Assembly (NCBI GenBank): GCA_040954595.2
Contig: CM082581.2
Coordinates: 10,415,099 to 10,479,098, forward strand
Length of the DNA: 64,000 nt
Direction of reading: 5' to 3'
Source: Balanoglossus misakiensis
Lineage: Eukaryota; Animalia; Hemichordata
Positions 50,991 to 64,000 of this stretch are shown here, in pieces. The first letter of the stretch is position 1; each line of letters starts with the position of its first letter. The notes beneath the pieces were generated by a model. That model made no database searches, had not been told where the DNA came from, and saw only the letters and a program-made list of their open reading frames with translations. A program made the translations under genes and the position numbers.

Positions 50991-53900
50991 ATGAAACGAG
51001 GTCATCCTCCAACAGGGTTAGTGTCTGTCGTTTTTACTCAGTTATTACTGACGTACGCAAAATGACAATGTTTTCTGGGAGGATTGTCTCTACAATCTGT
51101 CTATGGGAATGTCAAAAATGTTGATGTTCAGTGAGTTGCTGCTCGATTGATGATGTAACTAGTACACATCATCATCATCAACCCATCAACAATCATTGCA
51201 GATGTATGTCGCGCCCATTAGTGTTTCACTATATATACAGTGTTTCAGTATATGCCCTAAAGGAAGCCGTTGTGTAGCCTCATTCCCCATTCTGTGTTTT
51301 CGGACGTTTACGAAAAACGTTTTAACAGAATTGGGTTATGTTATGTTATGTACAGTTATGTTATGTTATGTACAGTTATGTTATGTTATAATGAATGCTA
51401 AGTCAGTGTGATGATCAGACCACAAACTGTCAATGTTTTCATATAGTACTACATTTGATTTGATCCGTACGTGTACCACAGGTCACTTCTCACCGGGATT
51501 GTAACTTGTGCATGCACAGTGGGGCACTGTCACGTGCATTTGCTGCGGATCCGTAGCCCTGAGCTGCTGTATAGCCTAGTGTTGGGGCTGGGATTGGGTG
51601 ACAGGGCTGGGAATCCGCAGCATACATATCCATATCAATCATTTAGTTATTTGTAACACCTGCATAATAATCTAATAGACTAGTGTAATATCTTTTTGAT
51701 AATTTCTGTCACTCGATTTATTGGATTTCTTGCAGCAACCATTGCATAACGAAGTTCTTCAAACCGAACATCAGTGATAAGGATAATCCCAGTCCAGGAA
51801 AATTGGTCGACGAGACGCCAAACTACAGGGTTGACCCTGATCGTGGTCTCTTTCCCCAAAAACAGACAACTCCGAAGAAGATCCATGGAATGAATACACC
51901 ACCGAATAAATCACCAAGGGGGAAGGGGCCGGGCTATCTGATGCCAACGTCGCCTGGATTAACTCGAAATATAAGAGATGTCATTCTCGGTGCAAGTCGT
52001 GAGAATCAAGTCGGCCAACAGAAAGCAGCAGTGGCAGAGATGAATGTGAACACATCTGCAGGGGAGCAGGATGACAGAGAGACGAGAAACGTGGCTGCAG
52101 GAGAAGGTTGTGAGGAATGCCCTGCCGTACAACCAATACAAGTGTTTGTCTCAGAAAGGAGCAGGACGGGGCCCAGCAATGCTGCATTTGAAACTAACGT
52201 GCCGAGTAAGAAACGTCACCCACAGTCGCATCTCGGTCAGGATGGGAAGAAGTCATGGCGAATTCCAAACCAGATTCACACGAACCTCAGAACTCTCTGT
52301 TCTGATTCAAGGAACACTCCGCCACCCAAAGGGAAAGAACGACTTCCCCAATCTGTAGGAAGACCCTGCTCGTCTCTCGCTCATCAGCGAGGGAGGCAGA
52401 GACACGCTTCTGACAGTGCAGATAAATCCTCACCCAGTTATACACTGCCGTCGCCTACAAGTGCGAGGAGGAACTCGTTGCCACCGAAAATACTTTCTTA
52501 TCGAGCAGTCGGTGCTAAACCACGACAACGATCAGAAAGTTCAGGTTCGAGCTCGGATGTGTACACCTCGTGTTCATCAGATGTTGAGATGGAATGTGTA
52601 AGAGAAACCTCAATACCTGCACAGAAGGATTTGAAAGTTCTGCATCCTTGTGAGATGACCACACCCAACAGACTGAAACACACGGCTGTCAACCAAAGGA
52701 AACAGAAGAAAGAGTACAGACGGCAGCCTAGTTACACTGAGATCTTAGAACTTGCAGCCCAAAATACTGTCCCAAACAGTGAGAAATCTGCAGGTCATGA
52801 GAGTTCGGGACACAGTGCCGTGAAGGGCAGGTATCAGTCGGAGAACATTGATCAAGTTAGGTTTCATTCTAGTCTGAAGCATTCTGAAGGAGAACCTGGT
52901 AAGATGAGCCCCCTACCCTTTGTTGCTTTGAACAAAGTGCCTAATAAATCACCAGTCAGGCTTACGGCTGAATGGCTAAAAACGTTTGAGCAAAAGCCAC
53001 GAGATGCATCAAAGAGAAAACAGAAAATGGGAGAGAAAAATTCAAAGAGCAAACTAAGTTCTAGTGAAGGTAAGGTGTCTTTCAGTTTGTTTAAGTCACA
53101 AGCTGTAATTTCACGTACCATTTTCAGGATAACAACTTTTGTGAAACTCTCTCCCATTTCATCCTAACAATCTATTCTGGTATAAATCATTAGCACCTTA
53201 AAAGCAATCATTTTCTGCTCTTGGACTTATCAGGCACAAACTTCACTGCATCTGATTATATTATTTATTGAGTTATGTTTGTTGCACAGTTATTGCTCTG
53301 ATGGAGAACTGCACAAGACACATTGAAAGTTGAGTTAGAGAAACCTCATGTGTGGCCTTACATACCTTGTATAAAGGATGGGCTTGTATTGTCAATTTGA
53401 GATCATTTGACACCCTGCTCCAAGCTTCTTGAGGTGATTTCCATTGTATTTGTGCCAATTTTCAGACAATACGCCAAGCAGCCATGGTATGGTATCAGCA
53501 AAACGACACAAAGGGTCGGTCAACTTGAAGATTCCGAAATCCAGAAAACAAGACTTCAGAACCAAGCTACAGATGTCACCACTGGGACGAGAAAAAATGC
53601 AGAAGTCGAGACTTGTTGAGGAAAAACTCCACCACAGGGAACGTACGAGCACATCAGGTAAAGTTGATGAAAAGGTGAAGGGTATTAACTTGCAAATTAC
53701 AGAAACAGCCAAGAAGAGTTTCCAAGAAAACATTCAATCGTCGCCGATCAGAGATAAATTCCTGAATCTGAAGACTGGCGGAAGATTGGAGAGGAGTGAC
53801 TCGACTGATGATGAGAGACAGTGTGTTAAAATCCCAGAGGAGGAAAAAAGTGAGAGAACTAAACAGTATGGTGTGATTAGTCTCTTCCAAGAGCTGACGT

Positions 53901-56900
53901 CAGCTGGTGGTGAAACTGGGAGCTCGAGAGAAAAATCTGTTGGGCAGGAGAATGAGATAAACGAAGAAGACACAAACAGTGGACCTAGCATAAAAGCTAG
54001 GTTGTGTGTCACGCCTACAAAAATCAATTTGTCTAAGTTAAAAGACATTCTTGTACCGAAGAAAATCAGCGACAGAGAAAACACGAGCGTTAGAGACCAC
54101 GTACAGTGCACGAATGAATCCATGACTGGGGACAGTTCCGGTGGCGGTGAGTTTGGTGAAGGAGTTGACCCTGCTGGTGGAGATGTTCCCATGGATGTGG
54201 AGGGAGGAGGGGGAGGGGATGTGGAGGAGATGGTTGGCACGGGGGAGGAAGATGTGGACAAGTGTGAGAACGAAGAAAAACCTGCCTTTGAAAAAGCGGA
54301 GTCAGTTCAGTCGTCCGAAGTTCCGGCCCAGAAAGTCACCGACGGCGACAAGGAGATCAGGAGCGAGGATGCCTCAACAACGAGTGATGGTTCTGGAAGG
54401 AAAGGTTTTCATGACAGCCCTGCTTGTGAGGAGGAAGAAAATGATGTTGCCATCGGTGACGTGACAAGAGAGGAGACTGTGATGCAACCAACGGCAGATC
54501 AGACACTGAACCAAGCGTGTTATGAGAATACAACTGATGTGGGTGGATCTGAACATAAAACAGATAAAAATTCTCCAAATTATGAAGGTAGGTGGTTTTC
54601 TCACTAACTGTTATATTACTGGTAATATCTATTTTGAAAAGGCAACTTTATTGAAATGGATATGTTGAAACTGCCCTCTTTAAGTTGCAAAGAACATTTG
54701 GCATGAAAAATTTACTTTTTTTCCTACAAGCTAAATTAGAATTAATATTTGCACCATAGAATAGATTTTATTTTTACAGTTTAGTGTGAAAAGTACAGTT
54801 GTTATTTTTGCATGCTCAAGTATAAGCATGTTCCATGGATCCAGTTTAACACTTCATGTCACATTAATATGAATTTTTGCATTTACACATAATACATTTG
54901 AGCTTAGAAAATATGATATGAAAAATGGCTTTAGGTATGGAACAGTATCTGTGACTATAAGCAGACAATGTAAAATTGTGGCAAAATTGAAGTGTGCCAT
55001 ATGGTACAATCTCCACAATTATTAATACTCACCACACGCGTCATGTAGCCAGGAACTCTGTATAAGATACAGCAATTTACTGAGGCCATGGAATGTGAAT
55101 ATGCAAAAGCTCTATTTAATTCACTGCAGTGTCAGCAGAATTGCCAGATTGTACACTCACTGCAACTTGCCTTCTCATGAGAGGAGCAACATCACTGCTG
55201 TCTTCCTGTCAGGGAATTCGAGCATCACTTTGAGGTAATCTTTCGTCTTCAGAAAGGCTAGACTTTTTTTTTTTGCGTTCTTCAGATTTTATTCGCATGA
55301 GGCAAAATAATCTGTAGTTGAATTTTAAGGGGGCAGATATGTGGGAGTTTTGGTATAATCATAGGAAAGTGGTATTTCCGATGCTTATACGGATCAATGG
55401 AAAACGGACTTAACTAAACCTTTCTTTTGGCCCAAATTCAAAACAGAAATGAAAATGATAATCAAATGGACATATTTCAAGGGAAGACATACATGCATGT
55501 GTACTATCAAGGAAGGTTATTGTAAAATATGGATTTTTTGTTGATTTAGAAGTGACCATTTCTACAAAGCTAAATGATAAATTCAGAAATTCATAAATTC
55601 ACACGCACGTGTCAAACCCAGGTGTTCTTTTGATTCATTGCTCATAGACTTTTGACTTGGTCAAGTTTCATCTTGGCTTAGTTACAGGTTTAATTATGAA
55701 TAATTACAAGTTGTGTTGTGCATATATATATCGTACATGTATAATTATATACGTGAAACTGTACAATAGCTTTAATTAATGGCTACCTGTACGTCTGCTA
55801 TAATTGCTCATTTTCAGACTATTTTTAACATTCTGTGTAAATTTAAATACCAATTTGCACACTAATATCATCATTATTACATAATCCATTGTAGAAAAAA
55901 TATTTTTATGCAGGAATAAATTGATATCTACCAGTAGTTGGTTATGCTGTTGATGTACTGCATGTGAAAAAAAATATGCCAACAAAATTTATTTCCTCCG
56001 CTAAATAGATGACCTTATTCCTATCATTAAAAATAAACTCTCATATATCAACCCCAAATACATGTATCTGGACTGGAATATTAAATTTTGGTGGTAGTTT
56101 TAAGGCCAGTGTTTTTATTTACTCTGTGGTCGTTAAAAGGTACAAATGCAATGCGTTCGCACTGAGCTGGTGAAAATTACACTGTTGACTGGGACACAGA
56201 GAGACTTACTCGCTTGGTAATAATTCAAAGTGAAACCAGATGTGGGCTTGTTGGATACAAAGCGTTTTGAAAAAATGTTGGCCGATTTCACTTAAACTGT
56301 TTGCCAACATCAATTTTACTTCCGTGTGGTTACTGTGAAAAGGAGCCAGGAGCCTGTCTGAGCAGTTACCCGTACTTTTATGACCAACTGATACATCCCA
56401 TATTGTGTGTTTAGCAGCAACAGTACATACATGTGGTATATTTGTTGTCCGGGCTATTTCTGAAGTTACAGGATTATCTCTGGCTACTGAACCATCTGGT
56501 TGTCCATGTATCATTCGTGCACCAAAGTGACATTTGCTATTTATCAAACGTCGGATGAGAAATCCGTGACAAATTGAGGAATTCTAGAAATTTACACATA
56601 ATGGGAAAATTTGTATTTTGTCAGTCAGAATTTTTGTGTCAGACTCGGTAGCATTATATTTTAAAGGGAACATGTGCAATATGCATTCCCAAAAATCATT
56701 TTCAAGAATCTTTTGAACAAAGAATCTCTGTCAATATTTTTTTCTTTTGGAATTACGTGCAGGTATAGATGCTGCGAGTCAACTCGGAGGGCTACATCTA
56801 GACGATGACGATTGGAATGTGAGTCTGTCTTTGTCGGCTGATGACAGTGATGATGAGATGTTTCTGAATACCCCTACAGCACTGCAAGATGACTTCACAG

Positions 56901-57279
56901 TTGTAAGGTAAGAAAATGAAAAGAGGTCGCTGTATAAACTCCTCGTTTTATCTCCGTAAAGAACCAACTTTGATTCTGGTGAATTTTGTCATATGTTTCA
57001 TGGACACTGAAGATCAAAATAATCCAGTCACTTTTAACTGTGCACACACGTATGTCCAATTCTGTAGACACCTGACTGGTTTCAGGTCTCACATAATAGA
57101 ATATCATACGAGAATATTGTCACTGTTCATTCATTTCAGGACAATAAGTCCTGCTCCAAAGACAGATGACATGTTGGAAGACGAGGTAGGGTCCCAACAC
57201 GTATCTAATTGCATTTACATCTGACTAAAGTTTTTGATATTGGCTGTGGTAGTGATGATGATCGTAGTAGTAGTAGTAG

Positions 57280-57313
<34 letters not shown>

Positions 57314-60300
57314 GTTTTTACACATACATTATATTTCATACAGGCTGACAGTAGTTCATCACAAGAGCCACCATTAGTGTTGACCAAGAAGAAAGCTAAG
57401 AAATTCAAACATTCTCTAGACACTATCTTGGCAGAGAAGCAGATCAGGGTGAGTACAAACAGTACTTCCACTACACACAAATAATATAAGACAGTGTTAG
57501 TTTTCCAGTCATTTTTTCTTCAGCTTGTGTTGACATCTTTATGTGCAGCTAATAAAAAAGATATACCCATCATACACTAACATAAACGTGGCCGAAATGG
57601 TATAGAGGCCATACTGAAAATCAATTTCACCATGGCATTGCTCTGTGTGTCTATTTTTCCACAGGCCAAAAATGCTGCCGAAATAGCTGAAATGCAGGAA
57701 TCTGTCAAACGGAGCATACATCAGGGAGGATTTGCCAAGTTGGTGGACACTAGCGACGATGAAGGTGATGATGGCCATGACGGTGGTCAAGATGAAAAGA
57801 AAGGCAATGATGGTGAACTCCTCCCAGAACACAAAGAGCAAATTGAAAAAGTAGGTTTTAGAAAGTTGCATTTAGGATAGTGAGTTTACAAGTGTGACAG
57901 TGTATACTCTGTCAACCAAAAGTGCGATTTGTATATATTCCTAATTAATCTCATTAACTTTATATTCCAGTTGACTTTGGCCAAAGATCCCATATCAGAT
58001 ATCCATCCAGGAGAAAATATTTTCAATTTGGACCAAATTGGAAAGGTAGTTGCATTTTTTTTGTCAGAATTCCCAAAAGTTGTTTACACATATTATATTA
58101 TGTACAAATATGTTACATGTATATACCATGTATACTTTCTATGAAATTGCTGTGTGGATGGCCATATTACAGTACAAATATGTTCATTTATTTTTCTTGT
58201 CTTTTCAGTTGTTCAGTTTTCCAAATCATCTGTCATTGGCTAGCTGTGGATTCACGCCCACTCGTTCGGCACTCGACCGACTTTTGGACAAATCAAATCC
58301 TGGTATGTATATCTTTGGAATAACTACTTGACAGCTTGCTTTTCATGTTTACATCAATTTGTATTTGGATGCAATCCAATATGGCCGCCAGACAACCATC
58401 CAATATGGCCGCCCGACAACCAGCAGTTACACAGTAGTGCATGACTACATTGACATCTGGAATTCCTTCAATGTTTTCTGAATCTTTTGATCCAGTGGAG
58501 ACTTACTATGTCATTGACAATGATTGTTTTTTTGTGTTTTTCATTTGAAAGAGAATCTACTGGTGTTGGCTGGTACGCTGGAAGATATGTACTATGACAA
58601 GGCATGTCCGGACGCCATATTTCTATGGCTTTTTAATCTCAGTAAGTCATCTAATATGTAAATTAATAAATCATGCAATCTCAATTTCTTTTGCCACCAA
58701 GTTTGCTTTCAAGCATTCTTTATTCCTTTCACATTGCATTTTGGGTTGTAAATAGTTTCCAAACAATACTACCGGCCCTACAGATTGAGTAGATAACTTA
58801 CCTATATGAATTCTTTGTACCCCCAGTGTCCATCCATCCATCAGATGAAGTGTCGGATAGACTTTATGGAATCCTGTGGTCTTTACTGAATTCTGCCGCT
58901 GATCAATGCCATAGCTCACAACTCTGGATTCCTCAACTCAAAGACGTGGTCAGGGTCATCAGTAATTATGGTGAGTAGATGGCTGATGATTATCTAGGTC
59001 CCATCTTGTATATATATATATACCATTCGTCCCTTATGGGGTTGGTTGCCTCTAGACTATACATGTTGTTGTTCACAACCACAGAAGTCCGAAGCTTTTG
59101 TTCATATTCATTTTTTAGGTGCAAGTGTGCAATACCTTTTTCCCGCTGAAGTGCAGAAACTCACTGATATTACAGACGATGAGCTCAGGTGAGATTTGAC
59201 CATTCTCTTAAATTAACCAATTTTGGACAATATGTGCTGTAGGCACAATATGGGGTCCAAAATACTGTGATAGATTAATGTATAGCTTGAAATATGTAGA
59301 TAATATATAGATATCATGTTTATAAACACTTTAATTTTTTTCTGTTACTCTGACAGATTTCATGATGACAAAGAGAACCACCACAGACAAGTGAGTGATT
59401 CTTCCAGTGAAACGTCACAATCCTCTGCCAGTCATGAATTCCCGGCCAGGAAGTTTGTCAACTGTGTCAAGGTGGTCACTCATGCCGTTGCTACAAAGAC
59501 ACTGAAGAAAAAGTAAGTGGCTGACAGTTCTGTCACAGATTCTCTGGCACAAACAAGTCATAGATGCACACAACATGCACACACGCACAATTGCTACAAA
59601 AAACTGCAAAACTGGAAAAAAAAGTTTCAACATTGCATTCTTTTTCCTTGACAGGCTTGGTGGCTATACAGATCAAGAACTCATAGTAATGATGTGTTTG
59701 ATATGTAAAGTGGCTCTTGAAATTCGGCTCCAGTTGTAAGTGTGAACTCCAAATAGTGTAATTCTGTGCGACTGTTGTTGTAAATCCCTAACCCTGTCCA
59801 AAAAGTGCACTGTGTCTTCCGAAATGACAGTTTATTCTGAAATTTGGGTTGTTTACCTTTGTCAGAAAAGATCTGCTGTGAAATGACAGTCAATCATTTT
59901 AAAACATTGTAGTGTATGATTATGGATTAATTGCCCTGGGTATGAAACTCTGGCATTGAACCCCTTGTGATCATTACACTGGATGAGTGCATCTATTCTG
60001 AACATGGAAATCTGAGGTGATCTAGTATATTTCTGATGTTGTATTTTTTTATTTTTTTACCGATCAGGTTGGCTGTAAAAGTTGATTTTCAAATGTGTAT
60101 TGCTGTGCTGCTAGAATGTATCAAAGAAGAGAACTGGACCCAAAGGGTAAGAGATTCTACAAAACCAAGACGGTCAGAATTCTGAGGGATTGTGACTGTG
60201 TTTCTTGTCCCTACGGAAAAACCAGGATGTGAGGTCATGAAGGTGACCTTTTCCAGATTGTAATATCAGTACACTCATTGCACAGTTATAATTTGATGTA

Positions 60301-61823
60301 AATGATACAAAGGTTGTTGCACTTGTACTGACTAGTCGTAATGTTATTTCAGGTGCAGGAGATTTGTCGTGTGTTACCCAGCGTCTCTGATAGCAATGTG
60401 CCCAACCACCATCACAACAAAGTGTACATAGTCCAGCTGATGCCCACTAACACTCCCAGGGGCCGATTCCTCAAAAGGCGACTGAGGTAGATAGCATTTA
60501 TTTCTTTAACGCACACTACATCTCAGTGTTTGTACACATTGACAGAATTTCACAAAAATCACACACATTTTCTGTCAGTTTGTCAAATTGCTAATATACT
60601 TAATTTTACTTTAATATTTTCAATACAAAATCAACAGAATTTTAATTCTATTTTCAGTTACACTATACTGAATGGTCTTTTGCCGAGTAACAACAATAAA
60701 AGTACAGATCCTGTTGATTGCCTGAAATTCAAGGTAAATGTTATTTCTGACATTTTTGGGTTTGTTGAATAATTCCACGTTTTTTCTATCTGTGTGATAT
60801 CCATCCTGATTTCAAGCCTCGTGAATTTTTAATGTCCTCTCGCTGTCCAATTTGTTGTATTAAGAATCAAGGAGTTACAGTGACAGTAAATTTGGTTTTC
60901 GATTTTTTCGTTTTCCTTTGCAGCTCAGCGATTTACATTCCAGTCTGCAGATGTGTAAACCGTGCAATGATACAGACTACTACCTGTTGAACAGTCTCGT
61001 CATGCTGATTGATATGAGTGTTGGAAACGAGTCTCTAGGATCTAGTGAACGGGTGAGTTCGTTATCCTTTCACCCCCCCCCCCCCCATTTCTCTGTATGT
61101 AGAGGTCCAGCATTGCTGTTGAAGACAATTGCATTGGACCGAACCATGGTGGTGAAAGGGATAAATTGGTTTGTTAAATCTGATGAGGCTTGTTATGCCA
61201 GTTAATATGAGTGTCAGAAACTTCTATTGGTGCGTAATTATTCAGCATAAATCTTGACCGTTCCATCAAAGAATTCACTAGCTTTACATAACCCATTCTC
61301 CTGTTGTTGTTTTCCGCAGGAAGGGTTGAATAAGCTGGAACAGAAACTGCGGTCAATCTCCGGAGATATCAAGGAATCGGTGAGGTGTCTACACAGAAGC
61401 AAAGTCAAAGATCTGCTCGTGAGGACTGCCAGCAAATTTACATTTATGTCGCAGGGCATGACTCAGGTAAGTTGATGTGAGTTCATTTGTCTCAACCAAG
61501 TATTGATTTCCAGTCTTATTGTTCAGGCTATGTTTGGAACAGATGACTCAGGGTGTTTACATATTTTTGCTAATTGTAATAATGTGACAGATCTCTGGTA
61601 TTTTGTTCGACAGACTTCCATGTACTCCTTCTACAAGAGCGATAAAACTGTGGACCTAGCAGAGGAGTCGTCCGGCACTCATGACCAAAGCAAAGCAGTT
61701 TGCATTGATGGAAGTAGTGTGATTGGGGAGGGCAGTGAAGACCCACCAGGAACGTCAGCGCTGTTGGATGGCAGCAGCAGAAACCAACCCTGCCAGTCTG
61801 TTCGTCTGGACATTGAGAGCTAG
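50991..61823 (+). CDS. SLF2: SMC5-SMC6 complex localization factor 2 (SLF2/FAM178A-like)
   Basis: Proposed exons 50991-51016 (least certain), 51736-53069, 53466-54587, 56763-56907, 57140-57185, 57344-57448, 57665-57850, 57971-58045, 58209-58302, further small exons 58.5-61.5 kb, last ~61614-61823. Long disordered N-terminus with NHCITKFFKP. FKHSLDTILAEK and the C-terminal HHHNKVYIVQLMP..RGRFLKRRLS, DYYLLNSLV, DIKESVRCLHRSKVKDLLVR match the FAM178/CANIN domain as I recall it. Confidence 0.85.
51335..51388. repeat. (GTTAT)n pentanucleotide microsatellite
   Basis: GTTATGTTATGTTAT... interrupted twice by GTACA. Confidence 0.9.
57263..57313. repeat. Compound (GTA)n(GTT)n microsatellite in an SLF2 intron
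   Basis: Directly visible; source of the spurious poly-C and poly-Q ORFs. Confidence 0.95.
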
Positions 61824-64000
61824 ACTGGTCATTTTACATCTGGTGTTCTGGATCTGCAACAGGCCTGGTCGATCGCAAGGACGGGACAAGATGTCATGAG
61901 CAAAGCCACACACTGAATGATAGGTGAAATGCGGAATTCCAATGTGAACTGCATGCATTACCAACAGAACCATGTGTGTAGACAAACATGGAGATGCATG
62001 TATTCCTACGTATACCTACACCCTTTGTGTACTGCTGTCGCACAACCTCTTCAGTGTCAAGTCTCTCTAGAACGCACTACACTTTATCAGTGCGTGACAT
62101 TTTATTCCGGAGTAGGCCTCTTTTGTCTTATGCAGTGTCTGCTTCAATATTTATTGAGTACATGTACCGTGTGCGGTGCTGAGTAAGACATTCTGTTTTA
62201 ACACTAGTCCTGTTGAAGTTGTTGGACATTTAAGCCGTTCAGATATTTATCCCGCACAACTTTGCTGAATGTAAATCTGGTTTCTCATGTTCTGCCATGG
62301 TGTGATGATTATATTTTTGTAAGATGTTCAAATACTGCCATTGTCAGTTATATTTCAATCTGCCAAAATTAATGTAACTCGAAATTCTGTATGTACGACG
62401 TGAGGTTTATGGATGTAAAATGAAATGAGCTCATGCACATGCTGGCACATGTTCTGACTTGTTACAGTTTCTATTCTAAAGAGGTTTTTTTCTGTGTACG
62501 TTGTTTATCCTGTGTTATTGATTCAAACTTTTGGGTCCAGCTTTAAAAAAACTTCCCTTTTCCCTTGGGAGTTTATAACCCAGTACTGTAGTCTCAGTGA
62601 TAGAGTGTTCTTGTTGCAAAAGCACAAATAAAATGTTTCCCTGTTTATGTAAGCTTATTTTCTTTCTCTATTGGGCGTTGAGGGCGGGCTATATTCAGGT
62701 GGGTATGGGAATGAGATGTCATGTCAACGTAAGGAATAGACTGACGATGGAAAGCCAACTAGTACATACTGACAATACAAAATGTGTATTATTAGTGATA
62801 TTATTTAATAGACTTTCATAATGAAGGTCATTAATGTTGAATTCAGAAAACGGAATTGGCAAAGAATTAAAGCTGCAAAACTATATCAAAAACGTATTAG
62901 AAATAAACAAATAAGTATGATAGAAAACATTGCATTGGAAGAAAGTAATAGTATTCAGAAGTTGACCTAGTAACTAGATACGCTTTCATTTGATAAATTG
63001 TCCTACAGAAAACTGAATTGCTCTGCGCCTGCGAAGTCACCAAATCTGGGAACTTGTAATCTGAAACAGCCAGAAGATTTGATTGGAGCTCGCTTGGTAA
63101 GGCGAAACTGGATTGGTTGGTTATCGATGGTTTCCACGAGTTAGAATGCAGCATGCATCACACTCTTTCATTGTAACTCTAAACCTCGGTCTCTTGATGG
63201 AACGAAGATTCTGGAGAAGTTCACAACGCGTATAAATTGGCCTGCTTTTTTGTTGTCCGTTTTCTTCCCGAAAAAGCGCTCGCACGAACACATTTTCGAC
63301 AGTAAAGTTCTTCTTTAGGCGATGTTAAGTCGATGTATTAAACAGCAGAATATGCAGAAACAGGTCGGTGCATTTTCGATATTCCTGTCTCCGTGGTTAC
63401 TGCCTCCATCATGATCCAGTACGGTGTTCAGGCAGTGGAGTGGCGACTCTTCTGGAGACTACGGACGACGTTTCTTTGAGGACTGACCACCAGCAGTGTC
63501 CGCTCTTGGCCTGGTCTGAGTCTTCAACGGAGTGTATCTGACCGGGTGACCTGCCTTGGGGTCTTTTGGCCAGTACAGGCAGTACGCAAACTCCAAACCA
63601 GTCAACATGCTCGCTGTGTCTTTCCAAATGAATTTCACGAATGAAGTCGCTTCAGTGGTGTTCTCTCAACACTTTGACATTCTCTATCAAGACTCCCTCT
63701 TATATTCCTCACCGTGTCCTTCAAATATCGATGTTTCCTGTAACCACACGTCATCATTTGCGCAATTGTCGGTAAATGTTTTGACCAGGGTTCATTATTA
63801 ACGTGCATTCAGATCATGGGATCAGGTTAGGGTCACCCATCCATGTACTTCGACACAACAGGACAAGATCACCTTTGAAGATACCTGCACATGCTATATA
63901 CGTATCTGCAGTGATTGTAGCATTGGTCGCCCATTGAATGACGTTCCGTGACGCAAGAACGCTACGAACTCGGAGCGACCACAACTTGAATCACTGCAAT

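Noticed and set aside
57205-57484. Poly-Cys and poly-Gln ORFs
   Set aside because: Products of the (GTT)n microsatellite; only 57344-57448 is a real SLF2 exon.
62900-64000. GC-richer segment with short ORFs at the window end
   Set aside because: No long ORF or recognisable motif; may be the UTR of a gene outside the window.

Overview
Intron-rich animal genomic DNA with GT-AG introns and microsatellites; a marine invertebrate is likely, but that is inference. Genes in order: (1) an intronless 523-aa low-complexity ORF of unknown family (-); (2) RNF103/Kf-1 E3 ligase, 4 exons (+); (3,4) a ~4-kb tandem duplication of an RRM-like/KH-like/macrodomain gene (-), where the distal copy has lost its macrodomain and the proximal copy is intact; (5) a 26-exon, ~2730-aa PARP14-like mono-ADP-ribosyltransferase (+), head-to-head with gene 4; (6) a DOCK6/7/8-family GEF (-); (7) SLF2/FAM178A (+), head-to-head with DOCK. 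Best candidate for an undescribed system: a divergent ADP-ribose writer/eraser pair. PARP14 macrodomain 1 has lost the hydrolase NAxN motif (it reads NGCT), while the head-to-head neighbour carries an intact hydrolase-type macrodomain. The promoter between them holds two NF-kB sites and GAS, CRE, CCAAT and ETS motifs. All exon models were read by hand from the sequence; no database search or alignment was run.
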